A stretch of DNA of 64,000 nucleotides from Desulfurococcaceae archaeon (GTDB taxonomy: Archaea; Thermoproteota; Thermoprotei_A; Sulfolobales; Desulfurococcaceae). This document shows positions 1 through 8,500 of the stretch, one piece after another. How positions within the stretch are numbered: the stretch's first letter is position 1; every line of letters begins with the position of its first letter. The stretch lies in assembly GCA_038816475.1 (NCBI GenBank), contig JAWBAI010000002.1, positions 32,001 to 96,000 of the forward strand, read 5' to 3'. The notes below the pieces were generated by a model. That model saw nothing but the letters and a program-made list of their open reading frames with translations. It ran no database searches and was not told where the DNA came from. The translations under genes and the position numbers were made by a program.

Positions 1-660
1 CCCAGCTTGTCGAAGACTTCTAGCGTATTCCACTGCTTTGGCTGGACTCTCCTGGTATAATCTTGCGAACTTTAAGCCATTGGTGTTAAGCTGTATGTGC
101 CTAACACCTTCTTCTCTAAGTATTCTCACGATGTCAACAAGGTCTTCTCTCAGAAGAGGCTCTCCACCTGTTAGCTGAATAGCTACCGTAACACTCTGCT
201 TCTTAATGCTTCTAACCATTTCTCTGATCTGCTCCAGCGTAGGCTCGTAAACGTAGCCAGCGGCTTCAGAGTAGAAGAAGCAGTACCAGCAACTGAGATC
301 GCACCTGTTGGTGACCACGAGGTTAACTAGTGCTGTGTGCTGCTTATGCATAGCACATAATCCGCAGTTAAATGGACATGCTGTTTTCACGGGTGTGTAG
401 ACGTAGCGTGTTCCACGTCCTTCTTCTTTGAACTCCATTACACGCTTGTAGAAGCTTGAATCACCGTAGTAAAGCTCTTCTATTACCCCGTGCTCTGGAC
501 ACACTCTTCTAATGTAAACTCTTCCTTCTCTTTCAACTATCAGAGCTGGTAAAGCCCTGTAACAGTATGGACACACACTTAGTGTAAGCGAAAGCACCTC
601 TTCCCCCTTTCTGAGGGATGGAGCAACGTATGCTATCTCTCCATGGTGTTTACTGCTCAA
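1..660 (-). CDS. tes: Radical SAM protein, tetraether lipid synthase (Tes/GDGT-MAS, MJ0619 family) homolog; C-terminus runs off the window edge
   Basis: Not in ORF track. Manual translation from TTG at 660 (GGTGA SD upstream): MSSKHHGEIAY...SVCPYC...RVCPEHG...CPFNCGLCAMH..HTALVNLVVTNRCDLSCWYCFF...IQLTGGEP...IQLNTNG. The rubredoxin-like CxxC/CxxH, auxiliary CPxxCGLCxxH and CxxxCxxC motifs occur in the order known for MJ0619. Confidence 0.85.
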   Translation of the reverse strand, partial: MSSKHHGEIAYVAPSLRKGEEVLSLTLSVCPYCYRALPALIVEREGRVYIRRVCPEHGVIEELYYGDSSFYKRVMEFKEEGRGTRYVYTPVKTACPFNCGLCAMHKQHTALVNLVVTNRCDLSCWYCFFYSEAAGYVYEPTLEQIREMVRSIKKQSVTVAIQLTGGEPLLREDLVDIVRILREEGVRHIQLNTNGLKFARLYQESPAKAVEYARSLRQAG

Positions 661-721
661 AGCACATCACCGCTATAAACGTGTTATAGGAGTCTTGGGT
701 TATATAAGCTTGGTGACTTTT

Positions 722-1315
722 TTGGGTAGAGCCGTAGTTATAGCTGGAACACCGGGAACAGGTAAGAAAACCGTAGGTTCAGTCTTGTCGAGTAAGTGTG
801 GACTACCAGTCGTAAACTTAAGTACTGCGTCTCTCGAAGTAGGTCTTGTAGCGTACTACGACGAGGAAAGAGAAACCTACGTTATCGACGAGGAGAAGGT
901 TTCTAAGTACGTCTTCGAGCTGGTACAGAGGAGTAGTAAAACAGTGGTGATACTAACACACTACCCCGAGATATTACCAAGAGAACTTGTAGCTGCTGTT
1001 TTTATTCTGAGAACTCACCCGTTGGAACTGGAGAGAAGATTGAAAAGCAGAGGCTGGAGTAGTAGAAAGGTTAACGAGAATGTAATGGCCGAGATCCTGG
1101 GTATTGTAGCATACAACGCTCTACAGGCTTTCGGAACGGAGATCGTGTACGAGCTCGATACCACCAATAGTACACCTGACCAAATAGCTGATGTCATATG
1201 TAAGGTTATAGAGGGAAAGCACGTGATGAAGCCTGGAGTAGAAATAGACTGGCTCTCCCAGTTGCCGCTGGAGGAGTTATTGAGGTTCGAAGACTATGAA
1301 GGGAGCGATAAGTAG
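722..1315 (+). CDS. Fap7/AK6-type atypical adenylate kinase (AdkA family)
   Basis: GTPGTGK P-loop, LRTHPLELERRLKSRGW..KVNENVMAE signature; TTG start chosen after GGTGA SD. Confidence 0.85.
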   Translation: MGRAVVIAGTPGTGKKTVGSVLSSKCGLPVVNLSTASLEVGLVAYYDEERETYVIDEEKVSKYVFELVQRSSKTVVILTHYPEILPRELVAAVFILRTHPLELERRLKSRGWSSRKVNENVMAEILGIVAYNALQAFGTEIVYELDTTNSTPDQIADVICKVIEGKHVMKPGVEIDWLSQLPLEELLRFEDYEGSDK

Positions 1316-2120
1316 TGAGGGAGGAATAGTACTAGCATCATGGAGCCAGATAAACCACCTCGTGTCAAAATCGGACGTGGTACTCCATGTTCTTGACGTG
1401 AGAGACCCCTTGAATACTCTTAGCAGGAAGCTAGTACGCATGGTTGAAAAACGTGGAAAAAAGCTGATTATAGTGTTGAACAAGTGCGACCTCGTTCCTC
1501 GTAGTGTCGCGGAAGAGTGGAAGGAGTACTTCGAAAAACAGTTTAACCATCCAACCGTCTACATAGCAGCATCTAAGCGCATGGGAACACTAAAGCTGAG
1601 AACAGCTATCAAGAAGGAGGCTCCACGGCTTCCTGTAATCGTCTCGGTAGTAGGGTTTCCCAAGGTCGGTAAATCCTCAGTGATAAATGCTTTGAAAGGA
1701 AAACACTCAGCTAGTACAAGCCCGTACCCTGGTAGCCCCGGCTACACTAGGCACTTTCAGCTTTACCGAGTAGACTCAAACATACTCATGATCGATACTC
1801 CGGGCATACTACCCATAGAGGGTGATACACTTGAAAGACTCATACGTGGATATCCACCAGAGAAGCTAGAGGACCCTGTTCTCCCCGCTGTAATGCTCAT
1901 TGAAAGAATTCTAAAGTACCAGCCAATGGCGATTAAACTAGCCTACGGCATAGACACCCAGAACCCCATGGAAATACTAGAGAAAATAGCTGTACACAGG
2001 GGTTGGTTTTACAAAACAACAAAAGAGCCATTAATCGAAGAAGCCGCTAGAGCTGTTATACGAGATTACCAAGCCGGGAAAATACCATTCTATATTAGAC
2101 CTTCACAGGTAAGTAGTTAA
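1296..2120 (+). CDS. Circularly permuted GTPase, YlqF/RbgA (YawG) family
   Basis: DVRDP, NKCD (G4), GFPKVGKSS (G1), DTPG (G3) in permuted order. Confidence 0.9.
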   Translation: MKGAISSEGGIVLASWSQINHLVSKSDVVLHVLDVRDPLNTLSRKLVRMVEKRGKKLIIVLNKCDLVPRSVAEEWKEYFEKQFNHPTVYIAASKRMGTLKLRTAIKKEAPRLPVIVSVVGFPKVGKSSVINALKGKHSASTSPYPGSPGYTRHFQLYRVDSNILMIDTPGILPIEGDTLERLIRGYPPEKLEDPVLPAVMLIERILKYQPMAIKLAYGIDTQNPMEILEKIAVHRGWFYKTTKEPLIEEAARAVIRDYQAGKIPFYIRPSQVSS

Positions 2121-2128
2121 CGGTGTAG

Positions 2129-2335
2129 GTGTTGGCTATAAGAGTAAAGATACTTGAAACGAACACTATTGTTGAAGTAGAACGTGAAAAGCTAACTGTG
2201 AAAGAGCTTCTAGAGTATCTTAAGCTATCCTCTTCGGAGAATCTGGTGTTAAAGGGAACTACTATATTAACCGAGGAAGATGAGCTGGTGAACGGTGAAG
2301 AGGTAGTAGTGTTCACGGTCAAATCGGGTGGATGA
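2129..2335 (+). CDS. Ubiquitin-like small archaeal modifier (MoaD/ThiS/SAMP family)
   Basis: 68 aa, TVKELL helix, C-terminal SGG di-glycine. Confidence 0.8.
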   Translation: MLAIRVKILETNTIVEVEREKLTVKELLEYLKLSSSENLVLKGTTILTEEDELVNGEEVVVFTVKSGG

Positions 2336-2391
2336 ACTCTTGTGCATTAGTGAACAACTGTTCCCCGAGTGTACCTAACGGTTGAACAGCC

Positions 2392-2607
2392 TTGATCTGC
2401 GTTAAGATAATACCCAAATCTGTAACAAGGTGCTTAGAGATGGGCAAAGAACCCGTTACTCTCAACGAGCTCTTGAACATGCTCAGGGATTACCTGGAGA
2501 GCGAAGATATCGTGGTTGTCGTTAACGGTAGAATTGCGGAGAACCATAATGCCGTTGTTACGGAAAAAGACGAAATTGTTCTAGTAGAAGCGTTCCTCGG
2601 CGGTTGA
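2392..2607 (+). CDS. Ubiquitin-like small archaeal modifier (MoaD/ThiS/SAMP family)
   Basis: 71 aa, TLNELL, VVVNGR, KDEIVL, C-terminal LGG. Confidence 0.8.
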   Translation: MICVKIIPKSVTRCLEMGKEPVTLNELLNMLRDYLESEDIVVVVNGRIAENHNAVVTEKDEIVLVEAFLGG

Positions 2608-2614
2608 TTTCATT

Positions 2615-3142
2615 CTACTTCGGTGGAGGCCAGACCCTATCGAAATATATGTTCTTCGCTTTGATTGACAAGGGAATACCGAGTGCTACGTCGGCATCAA
2701 TCATCTTCAGTTCCAAGGCTGCAACTCCAATAGTGTACATTATACGATTATCCACGTTCATCATGGAGGCTACTTTAACAGCCGAACCCACAGCTATGCC
2801 CAGGTTGATCAGAGATATGGAAACATTGGGATCTACCTTCATGGACTCCGACTTCTTCAATCCGTAGTCCACGATTTTACACCCAATGATCACGACTGCA
2901 TCACTGTTCCTGACGTTACTAGCATCCCTTCTGAAGAACTCTCCATGAACTGCCGCGAGTTCCTCCATCTTAGCTGCAAGCTTTTCTATTTCCTCTCTAT
3001 CCACCAGTATAATCGAGGTTATGTTATCTATACCACGACCTTTAGGCGCTGTTTTCGCTGCTACGACCATCAGCTCTGAGACCTGAACTGCAGCCCTTCT
3101 TATAGCCTCTTTTTCATCAATCACAGTTTTCAACCCCTGCAC
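2615..3142 (-). CDS. Conserved nitroreductase-like-fold protein (DUF2148/COG4739-like)
   Basis: AAKTAPKGRG, NLGIAVGSA, VDNRIMYTIG, KNIYFDR motifs. Confidence 0.7.
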   Translation of the reverse strand: MQGLKTVIDEKEAIRRAAVQVSELMVVAAKTAPKGRGIDNITSIILVDREEIEKLAAKMEELAAVHGEFFRRDASNVRNSDAVVIIGCKIVDYGLKKSESMKVDPNVSISLINLGIAVGSAVKVASMMNVDNRIMYTIGVAALELKMIDADVALGIPLSIKAKNIYFDRVWPPPK

Positions 3143-3144
3143 GT

Positions 3145-3807
3145 TTATACCTCCTCTTGCTTGAGTATAAATCTAGCGTCCACGACGAGAGATTTATCTG
3201 GATAAGCTACAACCGGGTTAAAGTCAGCTGACTCTATTGCCGGGTTTTCCTCCATTAGTTTACCAAGCTTAATCACGATTTCAGCTACGGAGTTTATGTT
3301 AGCAGGCGGTAACCCTCTATACCCCCTAAGTAGCTCAACACCCTTGATTTCTTTGATCATATCCAAGGCTTCTTCTTGCGTGAAGGGCCATACTCTGAAT
3401 GTCACATCTCTCAACACCTCTGTTAGAACTCCTCCGAGACCGAACATTATGACTATTCCGAAGACGTTGTCCCGTGCTCCTCCAACGATAACTTCAACGC
3501 CCTTAGGTACCATTTTCTGCACAAGTACTCCAGCTATTCGAGCATCTGGGTACATGGTTTTAACATTAGTGATTATTTTCCTGTAGCTATCCATAACCTC
3601 CTCTCTGTTTTTAATTCCAAGAATAACTCCTCCAATATCCGTCTTATGGCTAATATCCGGTGAAACTATCTTCATTACAACTGGGTATCCTATGGCTTCT
3701 GCTAGCTCAACCGCTTCTTCGGGAGTTTTAGCAAGACCATAGGGTGGATGAGGTATACCGTACTTTCCTAGAAGCTGAAAAGCCTCATGTTCAAGAAGCT
3801 TAAGCAT
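3145..3807 (-). CDS. acdB: ADP-forming acetyl/acyl-CoA synthetase beta subunit (ATP-grasp)
   Basis: GYPVVMKIVSPDISHKTDIGGV, MFGLGG, DFNP, VVDAR motifs. Confidence 0.9.
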   Translation of the reverse strand: MLKLLEHEAFQLLGKYGIPHPPYGLAKTPEEAVELAEAIGYPVVMKIVSPDISHKTDIGGVILGIKNREEVMDSYRKIITNVKTMYPDARIAGVLVQKMVPKGVEVIVGGARDNVFGIVIMFGLGGVLTEVLRDVTFRVWPFTQEEALDMIKEIKGVELLRGYRGLPPANINSVAEIVIKLGKLMEENPAIESADFNPVVAYPDKSLVVDARFILKQEEV

Positions 3808-3896
3808 GCTTCCCTTGCGGGTTACCGATGATGACTCCACTAGTCCCTTTAGTATGTTTAACGGTTTTAACTCCTTATAAAGAGAGTGGTGAGTGT

Positions 3897-4736
3897 ATGT
3901 CGGGTTTATACAGGGAGATCATTGGTGTTATACACTTACCGAGACTACCATGCCTTTACGCTAAATCCTCCCATGATCTGAGTATTATTGTTGAACAAGC
4001 TGTGAATGAAGCTAGAATCCTGGAGAAACTGGGCTATAGTGGTGTCATTGTTGAAAACTACGGGGATAAACCGTACCTGAAGCGTGTTAGAGATCCACTC
4101 ATCATAGCTTCTATGAGCATCATTGTTAAGGAAGTTGTGAGGTCTACTGGTTTAAAGGTGGGTGTGAACCTCCTGAGGAATTCTGGTCGGGAGGCATACA
4201 GCATAGCTTACGCGGCTGGTGCTAGGTTCATAAGAGTAAATGCTCTAGTAGAAACGATAGTCTCAGATTCCGGTATCATAGAGCCCGAAGCTCCACGATT
4301 AAAACCACTTCTACTGAACTACCCAGGTGTAGAAGTATACGCTGATATCTTCGTGAAGCACGCGTTCAGCTTAAGAGCACTTGCACTCACAACCGAGGCT
4401 CCAAGCTACTTGTTAAAGGGATCTAGAGAGGACTTTCTGAGGGAGATTATTGAAGATTACGTAAATAGAGGAGGAGCTAGTGCTCTCATAGTTACCGGAC
4501 CAAGAACGGGTGAACCACCACAACTTGAACTCATTAAATTAGTCAAAAACAACTCTCCTGTACCAGTATTCGCAGGTAGTGGCGCAAATCCCAGCAACAT
4601 CTGCGCAATGCTCAAGTACTGCGACGGCGTAATTGTAGGTTCGTTCCTAAAGAAAAACGGTTTAGCTGGTAACCCGCTAGACCCTGAAAGAGCCGAGGTT
4701 TTCATCAGAAGCGCTAAAGAGTGTATAGAAAAGTGA
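3897..4736 (+). CDS. BtpA/SgcQ family TIM-barrel protein
   Basis: IGVIHL, ENYGDKPY, GVNLLRN, ADIFVKHA, VTGPRTG, GSG, IVGS motifs. Confidence 0.85.
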   Translation: MSGLYREIIGVIHLPRLPCLYAKSSHDLSIIVEQAVNEARILEKLGYSGVIVENYGDKPYLKRVRDPLIIASMSIIVKEVVRSTGLKVGVNLLRNSGREAYSIAYAAGARFIRVNALVETIVSDSGIIEPEAPRLKPLLLNYPGVEVYADIFVKHAFSLRALALTTEAPSYLLKGSREDFLREIIEDYVNRGGASALIVTGPRTGEPPQLELIKLVKNNSPVPVFAGSGANPSNICAMLKYCDGVIVGSFLKKNGLAGNPLDPERAEVFIRSAKECIEK

Positions 4737-4798
4737 CATTTGAGTGAGCTCCTGGTTTTTCAGCAACGCATGGTTTAATTACTAACTGGTGCAAGTTT

Positions 4799-5872
4799 TT
4801 GACCGTACCTACCTGGCCTAAAGCTGTAAACTACGAGAATACCCTCAAGGTGCGGTCACCAGAAACTATAGACATTGTTAAACGACTTGGTGCTATTCCG
4901 CCTGATAAAGTCTTTCTTAACAATCACCCTATTGCTAACCCCATTGCAGTTTTCAACCCCACTTTCGTGCTCAGAGACGACATTGCAGAGGTTTACGCTA
5001 GAATAATTGTAGGCTACTACCTGTACGTATCAGCCATAGTTAGAATGGAGATCCCGTTGAACGATATACTCTCCGGAACTATTAGCATAAACCACTACTC
5101 AGCGGAGTTAACAGTATATCCGTCAACTAGGTACGATATTTGGGGTTGCGAAGATCCACGTGTTACCACGATGAACAATAGGACCTACATGACCTACGCT
5201 GGTAGAAGTGTGAACTACTTCGTTAGACCTCCGAGCCCCGAGAGCGTTCTACCTATTACAGCTGTACTAGAGAACAGAAGAGCGTGGTCTAAGGCGTATG
5301 TTCACGTGCTAAAGAATTCGGATAGGAGGTTCGTTGTACACGATAAAGATGCCTTCCTACTGGAGCTGGGTAGTAGAATACTGCTGTTTCACCGACCCTT
5401 GCTCGTTGATAGAAGTTATCACCTTGTTATTAGTGAGGTCAAAGGCCTTGATCAAAAGTGTGAGAGTAAACCATGTGAAGTCTCGTCCGAGAACACCGTT
5501 GAGGTCATGCCATCAGCTCGGTTCGAAGAGAAAATAGGTTGGGCGACTCCAGTCTTGGTGAAACCCACAAGCGCTGTTCTCCTGGTTCACGGGGTTGACA
5601 GAGAGGTGCATGCTTACAGAGTCTTCGCTGTAGAGATTGAGCGTAAGTACGAGAACTTCGTAGTTAAGGCTGTTACACCCTTCTACATCATGGAACCTAG
5701 GACTCCCTACGAAGTATACGGTGATAGACCTTTCACCGTCTTCCCATGTGGTGCGCAAATCGTGGATGACATGGTTATAATAGCCTACGGTGCAGCCGAT
5801 TACCTGGTCGGGTTTGGAGCCTTAGACTTAGCTGAGCTCATGAGCGCCCTGGAAAAGGGTAGAGTAGCATAG
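4799..5872 (+). CDS. Glycoside hydrolase family 130 (PH1107-like beta-mannoside phosphorylase/hydrolase)
   Basis: VFNP, GCEDPRV, MTY, KDA, LFHRP, KIG, VFPCG, YGAAD beta-propeller motifs. Confidence 0.8.
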   Translation: MTVPTWPKAVNYENTLKVRSPETIDIVKRLGAIPPDKVFLNNHPIANPIAVFNPTFVLRDDIAEVYARIIVGYYLYVSAIVRMEIPLNDILSGTISINHYSAELTVYPSTRYDIWGCEDPRVTTMNNRTYMTYAGRSVNYFVRPPSPESVLPITAVLENRRAWSKAYVHVLKNSDRRFVVHDKDAFLLELGSRILLFHRPLLVDRSYHLVISEVKGLDQKCESKPCEVSSENTVEVMPSARFEEKIGWATPVLVKPTSAVLLVHGVDREVHAYRVFAVEIERKYENFVVKAVTPFYIMEPRTPYEVYGDRPFTVFPCGAQIVDDMVIIAYGAADYLVGFGALDLAELMSALEKGRVA

Positions 5873-5877
5873 AGAAC

Positions 5878-7038
5878 CTAGGAGAGGAGTTCACGATATA
5901 GCTCATAGTGTTTTCTAGCAACAACCTCCCACCTGGTCTCTAGAGCGTACGACCAGAGTTTCTCAACAGCTCTGGATACCTCTTCTTTGCTTAGCAGTAC
6001 CTCCTCTATTTTCCTGGTGATCTCCTCTGCTGTGAACACGCGTAGTGTTAGCTCTGGCGCTAAGAAGTTGCATTCCACGAGCTTGTGAGACCTAGTACAC
6101 AACACTGGTTTCCTACTACCTATAGCTAGGTGAAAAACTCCGCTAACGCTAACTGGGTAGTTGCGCACATCAACTATGGGTAAAACGACTACGTCGGAAA
6201 GAGCTAGTAGCTTTAACAGCGAAAATCGATCTAGGAATCCCTCAAGGTAGTAGACATTACCGTTCTCTCTTATCACCCTTCTCAGAGTTTCCTCAAGTAT
6301 CACGTCTCTGGTATCCTTTCTCCTGGGCATTCCAGCTATGACTAGCTTAACGTTGTACCTATCTGCAAGAGCATCAACGGCTTTTATAACAGGTGAGTAG
6401 TCTTTATCTCTGCTTCGAACAAAACCGGCTATGCAAACCACTTTTTTATTCACAATGTCGCGGGGCAATGGTAAGCTCTGAATCAACAGTTCTCGCGGTT
6501 GTCCAACGAAGGGGTTTAAGAGCGTGCCGTGAGGTATAAGATGAACCTTTTCAACGGGTATACCTTGTCTGAGTAACTCCTGCTCTTGGAGAACACTGTG
6601 AACTATAACTGCATCGCAGTTTTCAACTAGGTGTTTCTGAATAGTTACAAGAGCTTCACCTCCGAGAGCGTGAATAACCGTGTGCAGAGTAAGTACAATC
6701 TTAACTCCCTGTGCTCGAAGACTCTTCATAAAGTTCGCGAGTGAAACAACATCCGGGAAGATGCCAACTTCGTGCTGTATATGAACCAGCTCCGGCTTCT
6801 CCAGGTTCTCCAAGCACTTCGGCAAGTAGAGTACATCACCTCTCATAAAGCAGTTTCTATATGCCACGCCAGAGTAGGAGTCCTGTAGCTCGAATCCCAG
6901 GGGGTAATCAACAGCATCTCCACCTACCACGGATATCGTTAATGCAGGTATCTTCGAGAGTTCCGATATAAGCATACTAGTGTACTCAGCTACACCACAA
7001 GGTACCGGGGGCATTCTAGAAACAAAAACCACGTGCAA
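5878..7038 (-). CDS. GT4 family glycosyltransferase (mannosyltransferase-like)
   Basis: PPVPCGVAEYT, VHIQHE.GIF, TLHT, HLIPHG, SDVVVLP, SGVFHLAIG.RKPV motifs of GT-B fold enzymes. Confidence 0.8.
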   Translation of the reverse strand: MHVVFVSRMPPVPCGVAEYTSMLISELSKIPALTISVVGGDAVDYPLGFELQDSYSGVAYRNCFMRGDVLYLPKCLENLEKPELVHIQHEVGIFPDVVSLANFMKSLRAQGVKIVLTLHTVIHALGGEALVTIQKHLVENCDAVIVHSVLQEQELLRQGIPVEKVHLIPHGTLLNPFVGQPRELLIQSLPLPRDIVNKKVVCIAGFVRSRDKDYSPVIKAVDALADRYNVKLVIAGMPRRKDTRDVILEETLRRVIRENGNVYYLEGFLDRFSLLKLLALSDVVVLPIVDVRNYPVSVSGVFHLAIGSRKPVLCTRSHKLVECNFLAPELTLRVFTAEEITRKIEEVLLSKEEVSRAVEKLWSYALETRWEVVARKHYELYRELLS

Positions 7039-7179
7039 TTGAAACCCCTACAGTGATTTAGATAGCACCGGAATTATCGTTAAACACGAGCAATATAAAA
7101 ACGCAGAGAACCATCTCGTTACAAATACGAATCTTTGTGCACAACATCTGAAGCTAGTGTTCTCCATGAATCCCTGAGG

Positions 7180-7790
7180 AATTAGATAGCTGAAACACCG
7201 AGATTTTGTTATGAACAGGTCATTTAAGATAATACGCTCTGCTCAGCGGAAAACTCACTCTTGCCGGAGAAACATCTTCATAAAGGATAAAACAGCTTAA
7301 TGGTGAAACAGTGATCCAGCTTATGTAAAAAACAGAACAAGCTGTTCTAATAAGACCTTACATTTGTTAAAACGTTAAGTGAAACTAAAACAAAGTTTGC
7401 CTACACATCTGGAATTGTTATTAACGATTAAGGTAATACTAAACAAAGGTGATCCATAGTACTCTACATTGCTTGAGATAGGTGTTTTACAGAGCATATT
7501 CATGGGTACTTAGTAGGTAAGTAATACGAAAGTGTTCTTTAAATGGTTTCCATGGTTTGATTATAGGTTTAATTCTATATGCAAAAATGCGTTTGTATAA
7601 TGGAGGAGTAATTCTTCGCCCCACTCGTTGAAGTTTCAACGGGTTTTATTTGAACATTGGTTTCACAGTGGGGTTCCTAGTTAACTTTACCCAGACATAG
7701 TTAATTCGCGATTAACTCACCATACTGCTCAGATTAAACTGTTTAAATGCTAGCATGGTGTTTCATGGATAAAAAAGTGTTTATGAACCA
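7180..7790. repeat. AT-rich non-coding region with inward-facing short AAAC/GAAAC motifs (candidate replication origin)
   Basis: No ORF >=60 aa in 7039-7868. Left half carries repeated (G/A)AAAC-type motifs on +. Right half carries GTTT(C/T/A), the same motif on -. Confidence 0.45.
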
Positions 7791-7868
7791 AAGACGTGAT
7801 TAATCCTCCGCGGTATTACGTCTGTGTTCCTGGTGTTGAGCGTACTTGTCGTATTCCCCGCTTTCACT

Positions 7869-8420
7869 TTAAAGACCGGTGAGTACCTTTATCAGGATGC
7901 TTACTACCGCTGATATGGCGATTGTAAATACCGGGTTTAGCTTGAGCGTAAATAATACCATTGATGCGAGCACAAATATGGATAGTGATACCCAGTCTAC
8001 AACTCCTTTTCTGATAAAGTTGCTGTTAGCTAACCCTACTAGTGCGTAGAGAATCAATGCTATTACAGCTGCAACTACACCTCTAAGTAGAGCTTTGGTT
8101 ATCCAGTGGTCTATGTAGAGCCTTAGAACATGTATAGCTCCTAGGACTAGTAGAACTCCTGGTGCTATGAGAGCTGCAACTGCGATGATGGAGCCCACTA
8201 TACCCTTCATTCTGAAGCCTATCCACGCAGCAGCGTTAACGGTTATTGGTCCAGGTAGACTTGCAACTACACCAATAATGCTTGAGTACTCCTCAGGGGT
8301 TAACCAAGCTCTCTCCTCAACAAAAACCTTGTAGTATAGTCCTACTCCGCCGAATGCACCACCAAACAGTAAGAACCCTAGTTTCAAGAACACCAGAAAC
8401 AAGTCCAGGTATGACACCAT
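7869..8420 (-). CDS. Chromate transporter, short-chain CHR (half-size ChrA) family
   Basis: FLKLGFLLFGG, VEERAWLT, LPGP motifs; about 5 TM helices. Confidence 0.85.
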   Translation of the reverse strand: MVSYLDLFLVFLKLGFLLFGGAFGGVGLYYKVFVEERAWLTPEEYSSIIGVVASLPGPITVNAAAWIGFRMKGIVGSIIAVAALIAPGVLLVLGAIHVLRLYIDHWITKALLRGVVAAVIALILYALVGLANSNFIRKGVVDWVSLSIFVLASMVLFTLKLNPVFTIAISAVVSILIKVLTGL

Positions 8421-8500
8421 ACATTCTATCCCTCACTCGTTGATCTATTCACTGAGAGAGTGAGAGTACAAAGAGTACTAATATACTTTACCAGCGAAGC

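Noticed and set aside
3825-3880. ATGATGA C-box-like word between acdB and btpA
   Set aside because: No CTGA D box at a suitable distance; the region is better explained as divergent promoters.
7035-7868. Possible degenerate CRISPR array (CAATTGAAAC at ~7036 resembles a repeat 3' end)
   Set aside because: No 24-37 bp repeat recurs at spacer-length intervals, the motifs switch strand, and no cas genes are nearby.
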